Shown piece after piece: positions 11,223 to 21,900 of a stretch of DNA of 64,000 bases. Position 1 is the first letter of the stretch. Each line of letters opens with the position of its first letter. Below the pieces are notes generated by a model. That model searched no databases. It saw only the letters and a list, made by a program, of their open reading frames with translations, and was not told where the DNA came from. The DNA lies in the NCBI GenBank assembly GCA_004431415.1, contig QPMI01000520.1, forward strand, positions 1 to 64,000, in the 5' to 3' direction. The position numbers and the translations under genes were made by a program. The stretch is from Cyanophora paradoxa CCMP329 (lineage: Eukaryota > Plantae > Glaucophyta).

Positions 11223-14200
11223 TCAGAGACCACCCGGGCCGGAGCTCGAGGAGCCGGCCCCCGCGGCGGCGGCGGGGGCGTCGGCGGCGCTGGAGGAGCC
11301 GGAGGGGGCCGGGGCGGGGTTGGCCCTCAGGGCGTGCGCGGGGCCGGGGCCGGCGGCCGGCCGCCCTTGCGGGATGCGCTCGATCGCCGCCCTCAGGTGC
11401 TCCATCTGCGCCGGGCCGGGGGCGGCGTGAGAGAGGGGCAGGGGAGGGGGTGCAGGCGGGGGCGGGGGGCTGGGGGGGCGGGCCTTGATGGGCTTGGTGA
11501 GGTAGTCGTTGAAGCCGGCGTGGTACGCGTTCGCCTTGTCCTCCGCCAGCGCGTTCGCTGCCCCCGCCCGGCCCTCGACGTGAGGGGCGCGGGGCGGGAG
11601 GCGGGGGCGGCCCGGGGGGACCCGTGAGGGCGATGATCCAGGGCTGACGCGAGGCGGGGACCTCCGCGCGGATGCGCCGCGTCGCCTCCAGCCCGTCCCT
11701 GCACGCCCCCGGCCCCGCTCGAGATTCGGCGCCGCCGGAGCGGGGGCGGAGCGCGAGAGGGGGGAGGGCGAGGGGAGAGAAGATGGGGCTTGGAGGGGGA
11801 GGGAGGAGAGGGGGGGGGGGGGGGGGGAGGAGAGATTGGGCGGCGTGGCAGGCAGCGCACATCTCAGGCCTGCGAGGCGGAGCTAGCTCGTCAGAAAGGC
11901 ACAGGACGGGGGAGCGGGGGGCGCGGGGCGCACATTTGGACTGCGGGGCGCAGCAGAGGATGCGACGAGACGGGAGTGAGTGAGTGGGAAAGAAACCAAA
12001 GGGCGGGAGGTGCGCCAAAGCCGGGGCCGGAGCACACCGTCCATGAAGACCTGGAGAGAATGAATGTAAGAGAAGGCGGGACAAGAGGAGGAAAGTTGCA
12101 GAAAGGGCGGGCAGCTTCGCAGGAGGGAGCGACGAAACAACCGAGTGATGGCATCAAGGATCCGGAGGGCTCGCTCATGAGATATAACAGATACGGGACT
12201 CGTAAGAAGGGCGCGTCTGGAGTTGGCAGGGCCTCTAGAGTTGGCACGGGGAGCGGCTCCGGTGTGCGGAGGCGGTGTGCGGGCGAGGGGGCGGGGCGCG
12301 CTGGGGCGGAAGGCGCACGACGTCGTAGGGGACGCGGCGGACGGCGTCGAGGGCCTCCAGCCCGTTCCCCGCCACGTCGCAGTCCCGCCCCAGGTGCTGC
12401 AGCAGCCGCTTGCAGAGCTTCGCGTTCACCGCTGCCCAAAGAGGTCACGCCCGGCGTGGCGCGGCGGGCGCGGGGCCGGCCCTCCCGCACCGTTGTCCTC
12501 CGCCTGAAGGATCCGGAGCGAGAAGCGCGGCTCCGGCGCCCCCCGCCGCCCCTCCGCCGCCGGCGCCGGCTGCGGAGCCGCCCGCGGGGGCGAGGGCCCC
12601 GGGGCCCCGGCGGCGCGATCCCCAGCACGGGTGACGTCGCCAGCTGCCGCCGGCATCAGCGGCCCGCGCCGGCGGCGGGGCGCGCGCGGGCGCAGGGAGC
12701 CCGCCTGCTGGGCGAGGCTCGAGCTGCGGCTGAAGCCTGCGGGCGGGGTCAGCGGCGGGCGCGCTGGAGAAGCCGTCCGAAGCGGCGGGGACGTGCCGGA
12801 GGGACGCTCGTGGCGCGGGGAGTGCTCGGGGCTGCGGCGGCGGTGAGGCGGCACGCGGGGCGGCGGGGCGGGTGCTGACGGGGTGGCGCCGGGGCGGGCG
12901 GCGCGGGCGATGGCGGCGGCGAGCGTCTCCTGGAGCTGCGCCCGCTTCACCGGCTTGTACACGGCCGCCTGGGCGGGGCGTGACGGGCGGGAGGGGGCAG
13001 CGGGGCGGGGAAGGGGGTCGAGGGACCGAGACGAGGCGGCGGAGGGAGGCGTGGAGGGGCTGCCCCTGGAAGAGGAGGATCACGAGGGGCGCCCCCGCCG
13101 CCCCCGCCAGGCCCCGCAGCCGCTGCAGCTCCCCTCCGCCGCCGCCTCCTCCTCCCCGGCGCCGGCTCCGGCGCCTCCGCCGGCCGCCCCGGCGTGCCGG
13201 CCTGCGGCTCCGACGCAGCGCGGCCCCGCACCGGCCCCTCGTCCGCCCGTGCTGCCGCGATGGCGGCGGCGGAGGCCGGCGAGTCGGCGGCCGGCGGGCC
13301 CGAGTGGAAGCGCGGGCGGGGCGCCAGGACGGGGGTCGCGCGCCCGCCGCCCGACGCCTCTCCAGCGGGCGGCGGCGGCGGCAGCGGCCCGTCCACGATC
13401 ACCGCGTCGATGCGGCTGCGGACCGGGGCGGGGTGGTCGCGGTCAGAGCGGGGGCGGGGCGCCGGGGCGGGGCGGGGCGGGCCGGGGGTCGGCGGGGGAG
13501 GGGAGGGCGAGGGCGGCGTCGGCCTCGGCGGCGGTGGCGAAGGCGTCGACGTCGGCGCCGAGGCGGGCGAGCTCCTTGCGGAAGAAGGCTCGCGCGAACT
13601 TCGAGGCGTGCACCACCAGCACCCGCCGCCCCTCCAGCCCCGTCCCCCGCCCCGCCGCCCCGTGCAGCGCCGCCGGCGCCGGCAGCGGCAGGGGCACCGA
13701 GCGGGGCGCGGCGGCCGGCGCCGAGGTGGCCGGCTCGCTCCCGGGGCCCCCGAGGAAGACGGCGGTGAAGGAGAAGGTCGCCCTGCGCGCCGCGTCAGCC
13801 GGCGGCACTCGCCGGAGAGGGGAGGGGCGCCGGGCGCGCCCGTGCCCGAAGACGCTCTCGGCCCAGATGCGGCCGGCCATGTACCCCACGATCTTGTTCA
13901 CGATGGCTAAGCCGAGACCAGTGCCCCCGTACTGGCGGCGCCGGGTCGGAGAGGGCGGGGAGGGAGGGGCCGGGGAAGGGGCAGGACCTGGCGGGAGATG
14001 GAGGAGTCGACTTGAGAGAAAGTTTTGAAAAGACGCCCTTCTCAAAAATCAGCTTTTTCTCTATTACACCAATGGGCAAACTCATGTAGAAATTCATGTA
14101 CCCATGCGATCGGGCGGGACGCCAATGCCCGTGTCCACTGGCGGGGGCCGCCCCGTCGAGGCGGCGCGGGGGACGGGGGGGGGGGGCGGGGCCGGGGCGG

Positions 14201-17200
14201 GCAGCGCACCGACGCGGAAGAGGAGGGTGTGGTACTTGCAGCGGGCGCTGGCGGCGCACAAGGTCCGCCGCGCCACGCCCCGCGCCGAGGCCCACCCCGC
14301 CACCGAGTCCGGACTACCCGCTGCCTCGACGCCGGGCGGGGCGGGGCGGGGAGCGGGCGGCGGGGCGGCACCTGTCGGAGGCAAAGCTGCCGGCGCGCAC
14401 GGGCGTGGCAGGCGTGTTGGGCCCGCCCCGGCCTCCACGGCCGCGCTCGGCGGCGAGGGCGCCGAGGCTGAGATCGGCGCCGACGCCTCCTTCTCCTTCC
14501 CCTTGGGGCTCCCCTTCTGAGGCGGCGGCGACACGCTCTGCGGGTACCCGGTGGCGCGCGTGAGGGGCGGGGGCGCCGGCAGCCGCGCGCCGGGCGCACT
14601 GCGGCGGTGCTGTTGCTGGCGCTGGAGGTCATGAGGCGCTGCTCGACGTCGGGGGCGGCGGCGGCGCGGTGTGCGCGGGCCGCCCGGGTCCCGCCCAGCG
14701 CCGCCTCGTGGCTCCCGTGCGAGTCCGCAGAGGAGGCGCGCTGCCCCGAGGGCGGCGAGGGCGGCGCCGGGCCGTGGCCAGCCGGCGCGGGGATCCCCGG
14801 ACGGGCGCGGGGAGGGACGGCAGCGGCGGGGGCGGCGGGCTCGTCACCCGCGGGGGCGTGGCCATGGTGAGGAGGGGCGACATGCGCGGGGGCCCGTGCT
14901 GCGAGCCGCCCGAGGCGAAGGAGGCGACCGAGCTGCGGCGGCTCCCCCCGGAGCCCCGCGACGTCCGCCGGATGCTGATCCCCGGCCTGCCGCGGCATCG
15001 GCGCGGGGCAGGGGTGCCGCACCGCGCGGCCGGCAGGCGCACGGGGCGACAGTCGGGAAGAGGGCCGTCGAGCGCGGGGCGCCGTCGTCGCCCGACGCTG
15101 CGAGGGGGTGAGCTGCACGGAGAACCAGGGCGGGGAGCCGCGCACGGGAGGAGTAGGCCGGGGCGGGGGGCCCCTGCGCACGGAACGCCCCCGCGGAGAG
15201 GGGCGGGGAGATGCCGACGTCGCGCCCGTGGCCACGGCTCGCGTCGCGGTCGGGGGGCCCGCCCGTCGGGGGCGCCGGCCCCACCAGCACCGCGATCTCG
15301 CCCCTGCGCGGACCCGCTCGGATGCGACCGAAAAAGATAGGTCCCACCGCGCCGCGCCCCGGGCGGCTGCCCATTAGGAGGCGATCGCTGTACGGTCGTC
15401 CTGCTTACTTCTTGGTGAACTTGACGGCGTTGGAGAGGAGGTTGCTGGGGGGCCGGTCAGGGAGGAGGGGGGGGGGAGGGGGGCGGGCGAGGCGGCAAGG
15501 CGCACACGAGGACCTGGCGGAGGCGGGTGATGTCCGAGATCAGCTCCCCCGGCGTTCCGTCCTCGATCACGAACGAGAGCCCGAGGCCCTGCCGGCAGGC
15601 GAGGACCACGTCAGGGAGGGCGCAGGCGGCGGGGGGCGCGGGGGGACCTTGGCGGCGGCGGCGGGGCTGACGAGGTCGAGGGCCTCCTCGACGCACGAGG
15701 CGAGGTCGAAGGGCTGGAACTCGAACTGCAGCTTGTCGCTCTCCAGCTTCTGGAAGTCCAGGATGCTGCGCAGGGCGCCAGCTCGGGCGCGCCGCCCGGC
15801 AGGGGCAGCCCGGGCCGGCGCACTCGTTGAGGATGGTGAGGAGCGCGTCCCCGCTCGCCCGGATCGTCTCCGCGTACTCCCGCTGCCCCCGCCCCCCCGC
15901 CGTCAGCCCCGCGCCCCGCGCGATCGCAGCGGGCGGCGCCCTCGCCTGCTCGGCGGTGAGCTCCGTCATGAGCAGCAGCGTGGTCAGCCCGATCACGGCG
16001 TTCTGCGGGGCGGCGGAGGCGAGGCGGAGCTCTTAGCGCGGCGCGGCGCGGCGCAGGGCCGGCCAGCGGGCAGCGCGCGCGAGGCACCATCGGAGTCCTG
16101 CGAGGGACACGGTCAGAGGCGCGGAAAGCGAGGCCAAGGGGCGCGCTGGGGGGGCGATATTCATCGCTGGTCTAGATCCGTCCCGGGGAGATGCGTCGAG
16201 AGGGCGGCGGGCGGGGCGGGCGGGGCGGGCGCACCGGATCTCATGCGACATCATGCTGAAGAATTCGGTCTTGGCGCGGCCGGCGGACTCGGCGGCGGCG
16301 TTGGCGCGCTCGAGCTCCTCCCGCTGCATCTTCTCCATCGCCAGCAGCCGCGACTGGAAGACGGCGACGCCCATCGACTCCGCGATCTGCTCGAGCACCT
16401 GCCCGGGGCCAGCGTCGACGCCGGCGCCGGCGCGGCGCCCTCGCGCTCCCCGCTGCCTCACCGTCGTCTCGTCCTCGCGCCAGATGCGCTTCCCGAAGCA
16501 GCCGTGGAGGAGGATGAGCCCGTTGGCCTCGCCCTGCGCCGCCCCTCGACGCGCCGGCGCGGGAGGCGCGCGAGCGGGGCCGGCCGCGGGGCGGGCCTGG
16601 TGGCTGGTGCGGACGGCGAGGAGGGAGCGGATGCCGTACTGGCCGCAGAGGAGGCGCATGCGGCCGCACGTGAGCGGCGAGGCCCCCGCGCTCTCCACCT
16701 GCACCGCGATGTCCGAGCCCAGCGCCCTGCCCCGCCGCCCCCTCGGGAGAAGGAACGAGAGGCGGGGGCGGGGGCACCGCTGGAGGAAGGGGGACTCGAG
16801 GACGGGGAGGTCGGCCTCGAGGAACGAGGCGGCGTCCTCCGCCAGGTACTCCGCCACGCACGGCGCCGCCGCCGGCCGCTGCCGCCCCGCCGCCTCAGCG
16901 CGCGGCGGCGCGGGGGCGGCGAGGGCCGGCAGCGTGCACCGCGGGGTCGAAGGAGTGGATGGTGACCCGGTCCGCCTCGAAAGCGACGCCGATCTGCGCC
17001 GCCGCGCGCCGGCGCCTCGCTCGGCGGGGCGCCCGGGGGCAGGGGCTCGTAAGAAAGCGCGCCGAGGTGGCAGCGGCGACGAAGATGGTCGAGGCGTCGA
17101 GCGTCGAGCGGATCTCAGTCGTGATGCGGCCTGCGCGTCGCAGGGGGGGCGTGAGGGGGCCGCGGGAAGAGGGGCGGGGCGGGGCGGGGCGGCGGGGCGC

Positions 17201-18576
17201 GCGGAGGAGGGCCGATCGGAAGAGCTCTCCCTGCAGCGCGGCCTCGGCCGACTTCTGCGCGGCGAGCGGCGCTCTGCGGCGCGAGGCGAGGCGAGGCAGG
17301 CGGGGCGAGGCGGGCGGGGCGCACCCGCTCCTCGACCTCCTTGGCAAGCTGCGTGGGGGTCGGCACCCGCAGCGCCTCCGGGAAGATGAAGAGCAGCGCT
17401 GACGGGTCGCTGAGCGTGGCGCCGGAGTGGCGTGTGGCGGGGCGGCCACGGGGCGCACTGGCGGCGGTGGCGCAGGAGACTATGGCGGTGAAGAGCTTCA
17501 CGCAGGCGAGCATCACCGGCGTCGGATACCTGCCGCCGGCGTCGGCGCATGGGCCGGCGCGCTAAACGGCGGGGGCCAGCGCGGTCGCGCGCACCAGGGC
17601 ATCCAGACCTGGACGAGGTGGGAGGTGCCGCAGGAGACGATGAAGAGCCCGAACTCCTGCGGCGGGAGGGGATGATGAAGAAGCGGATCGAGGGAAGGCG
17701 GAGGAAGATAGCGCACGAGAAAAATGAAATGGAAGGGAAGGTCCTTCCGCCGCGAGGCAAAGAGCAGGAGGAGGAAGGGGATAGAGAAGTACGCGGCGAA
17801 GATGAACTTCGAGAATCGCCGGGTCAGGCGGGGCGCGCAAAACGTGCGCCCCGCGCGGCGAAAGCGCACGAAGTCCGAGACGACGGAGAGCCAGCGGATG
17901 AATGGTGTCTCGAAATCAGGGTGGCCTGCATGAGTGCGTATGCAGCTTAAATTCGAAGGGCGTGGCGCTGCGGGGCGCGGCGGACTGGCGGACCGGGATC
18001 GCCGGAAGTTGGGAAGGGAGGCGGCTCAAAAAGCTCGAGTTCGATTGGCACGGGCTCGGCGATCACGGCTGCTCCGCTGCCTGGCTCTGCCGCGAAGGTG
18101 TAGGCGAGGCTGGCGCTTCCGTTCTGCTTGAGACGTATCGCAGCTGCGGAAATTAAATTACTAAACGCGGAACACGCCAAAGATCTACCGCACGGAACCA
18201 TCAACGCGGCAGTGCTTACCGATGAAAAGCGCTTGCGGGGCGGTTTCCGATGGAAAAAACGTATCTTCTGCGTGAATAAGCGCGGCTGGCAATATCGCCA
18301 CGCGCTCCCCGTCGCGGTGCAACGCGAAAGAGGCCCCGGACGTGGACTTCGGCGCCATCGCAACCAGCGCGACGAACGCAGCGCCTGCATCGCTCGCATC
18401 CTGCAGAGAAATGACTCCCGATCGCACAGGCGACCGCTCGGGGCTCTCCGCGCCTCCAGAAGCCTGCGAGTTCCATTATCGGCTGATGAGGCGGAAGCAC
18501 GCTCCACGCGTACCACAACAGCAGCAATGAACGGCAAGAGCAAGAGGAAACGTCGTACGAGCGCGCACAGAGCCAT
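11223..18576 (-). CDS. Ethylene-receptor-like hybrid histidine kinase: putative signal peptide - ethylene-binding 3TM domain - GAF - HisKA - HATPase - degenerate REC - REC
   Basis: Spliced EBD: SDF|[10 protein letters not shown]...[11 protein letters not shown]|[14 protein letters not shown]...[15 protein letters not shown]: EIRSTLD. H-box: [10 protein letters not shown]|TPM|NAVIG. N-box: [11 protein letters not shown]1: DTGIG. F/G2: [20 protein letters not shown]: ILQAEDN..VFMDVQMPEMDG..IIALT..YLTKP. Start at 18576 is tentative; coding is secure from about 17926 downward. Confidence 0.92.
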
Positions 18577-18915
18577 GCCGTAACAATGGGGGGTATAATG
18601 GGGGGTATGCAGGCTAGGAGGGGGATACAGCTTCGAATTCCATCGCACCTTTCCAGCCACCCGGACGGCAGGGCAGTACTCGCAGGAGCAACTGGAAGCG
18701 CGTAAGAACGACCGCACCGCGCCGGGGATCCAAACGCTTGGTGTCCTGTCGACACTCGAACTGGCGCCGCTGGCCCGCGGCATGCTCGTGCACAGCGAAT
18801 GCACGTTGCCGTGTCGCGCATCTTCTTCAGCTGGCCGCGGAGCGGGCATCGAGCGCTAGCTAAGACTCAAGAGGCCTAGGTGGTAGGAGCCGCGGCCCGA
18901 TCCGCGGGCTCGAGC

Positions 18916-21900
18916 ATGTCAGCAGAGCGCCCGCGCGGCATCCCGCAAGCAAAAGAGATGCAGCGGACGAGAAAGACGGGGAAGACGCCGGCGTCAAGTG
19001 GCCGGCCCCGGCGCCGCGCGTGGGCAAGCGGGACGTGCGCGCTCGCAGCGCTGGTCCTCCTGGCCATTGCGGTGCCGACGCATCTGTTTGGTGCGCGCTG
19101 CAGCGCGCAGGCGGGGCCGGGGCGCCGCTGAGCTCGAGGGGCGCGCGCGAGCGCAGAGGGCGGGGCGGTCTCCCTCTCGGCGCTGAACCCCGTGATGGCC
19201 GTGTCGGCGGGGATGCAGGCCGTCCTCCCCTCGAGCCGCATCCTGCCTCCCGACGCGACGTGGGTGATGTACGGCGGCGCGACGCTGGACCCGGTCAGCG
19301 GCCGCGGCGCTCGCTCTGTCCCGGCTGCTCACAGCGGGCCGGCGGCGGCCGCGGGCGGCAGGTGATCGTGCTGGTGGACGTGCAGGAGGACAAGGCGGCG
19401 GTGCTGCAGGGGCAGGTGATTGAGGCGCAGGCGGGGACGCTGGTGGACTCGATGGCGGTGGCGCGCGTGGTGGCGCGGGCGGGGCCCTCGTACGCCGCCG
19501 CCTCCTACGGGAACTACGCCGCCCTCAGCAACGGCTCCCTCTTTCGCGTCGACCTCTTCGCCTCCAACCGCCCCACCAAGCCCGTCCGCCCCAGCCCGCC
19601 CTCCCGGCCCCCGGCCCCCGGCCCTCCAGCCCCGCCCCTCTGACCCCGCCCCTCCCCCCCCCCCCCTCCTCCCCGCCCCCCTTCCCCTCCCCTCCCCTCC
19701 CATACAGGGCTTCACAAAGTTCGAGATGCGCCGCTACGACCACCTGACGGCCGCGAACCTCACCTCCTGCACCAGGTCCGCCCGCCCCGGCCCGCCGCGC
19801 CGGCCCGGTTGAGAGCGCCGCCTCGCCGGGGGGCAGCGAGCACACGCGGGACGAGCCGTCGGCGACGTGCCGCCAGGTGGGAGCCCCGAGGGGAGCCGGC
19901 GGGCGAGTCTGACGCGCCGCCAGGTGCACATCTTCCCCGCGACGACCGCCCCGGCCGGGCTGCCGGCGGCGGCCGCCGGGGGCCTCTACGTGGCCGTGTC
20001 GGGCCCCGTGCTGGGCCAGGCGCCCGTCAACGGCATGCGGGGCGGGGCGACCCTCCTCCACCTCCTCCCCGACGCCGTGCGCCGCCCCGGGCCCCGCTCG
20101 CGCCGCTGCCGCCGGCCCCGGGCCCACCCCGCGGGGCGCAGACGGATGCCGGGGCGCCGCTGTCGGCGATGACGCCGGACACGGTCGGCGAGGTCGAGTT
20201 CTATCACGCCGTCGCCCAGTGCGCCCCGCCCCGCCCCGCCGGCCCCGCCCCGCCCCGCCGGCCCCCGCCCCGCCCCCGCCGGGCCCCCGACGCGGGAGCA
20301 GGCAGGTGGGGCCGGCCACGCGCGTCTTCGGGTTCGCGCGGAGCTACCTGGGGGCGTGGACGCACAACAGCGGCTTCTGGAACAAGTTCGCCACGCGACC
20401 GCCCCCGCAGGTGGCGACCCCCGACGCCCTCTACGTGCTCGACCCGGGGGACCTCTCCGTGGTGGCCCGCCACGCGCTCCCCTGGCTGCACCCCACCGGC
20501 GGCCCCGTCGCCTTCGCGGACCTCGCCCGCGTGCACACGCTGGCGCTGCACGGCGGCAACGCGACGCACGGGGGCAAGGCCTACGCCCTCTTCTACCTCG
20601 TCGCCTCCCACACCGCCGCCGTCCTCGTCGCCGACGACTCGGAGGCCCTCGTCCTCGCCACCGCCTCGCACCGCCTCTGCGGCGAGGCCACCGAGCCGAG
20701 CGCCGGCAGGCGCGTCACGGGGGCCGTCCTCGTCGACGGCTACATCTACGCGACGAGCAGCGACGGCCGCCTGCTCAAGCTCGCCGTCGAGCCGTTCCCC
20801 TCGGTGCGGGAGGTGACCTACACGACGGCGCCGCGCGGGGCCGACCTGCGCGCCCTCGTGGCGCTCCCGCGGACGGTGCCCGCGGGGGCGGCGCTCTCGG
20901 ACTCGGGGACGCGGCAGCTGCTCGTCGCCTTCAGCGAGATCCCCTCCTTCGTCGCCTCCGTCCCCACCGCCTGCCCCCCGGTCCGCCCCCCGAGCCCCCC
21001 CGCCCCCAGCCCCCGCCCGTGCGACGCGCGCGCAGGGCACGTACATCCAGAAGGAGTCCCTGTGGGGTCAGGGCGTGCGCGGCTGCGGCGCCCTGCCCCC
21101 CGGCTTCGCGTACCCCTACGCCAGCTACGCGACCAACACGCCGCTCTCGCCCGAGGAGATGACCGTCTGCCCCGCCGGCTTCTTCACCAACGCCGAGACG
21201 ACCTTCGACCACTGCGAGCAGTGCCCCGTCGGTGCCTTCTGCCGATCGACCGGATCCCGGAGCTCGGCGCGCCTCTCCGCGCCCCCGCCTGACCTCTCGC
21301 GCAGGCTCGTACTCGGTGGCGGTGGCGCCGAGCCCCTTCGAGGAGCCCGAGTTCTGCCCCGCCTGCGCCTCGGCCGCCACGGTCTACGACCGCTGCGCCG
21401 CCTGCCCCCCCGGCACCTACGCCGCCAACGCCACCGACGCCTGCTACCCCTGCGCCCCGGGTGCCGCCTCTGCCTCGAGCGCCCCGCGGGCTCCGCCTCG
21501 CCGGCTGACCGGGGCGACGTGCACCCAGGGACGTACTCGGACGTGGGCGCGACGGAGTGCAAGCCGTGCCCGGCGGGGCGGGCGAACCCCGCCTGGCGGG
21601 GCCGGACCAGCGCGGCGTGCGAGCCCTGCGGCACGGGCGCCTTCTCGGGCGCGGGGGCCGCGGAGTGCACGCCCTGCCCCCTCGGGCACGTCGCCGCCGA
21701 CCAGGGCCGCGCCTGCGCCCCCTGTCGCAAGGGGTCCGCGCGCGCACGCGCCGCCGCCCACTCGAACGCTGCCGCCTTGCCGGCGCCGACGCGCCGCCGC
21801 CTCGCCGCGCAGGACGTTCATGGCCGTCGTTCAGAGCGGCGGTGGAACCACCACCGACCGCGAGTGCAAGGCCCGCCCGCCGGCTCGCACCAGTCTCTCG

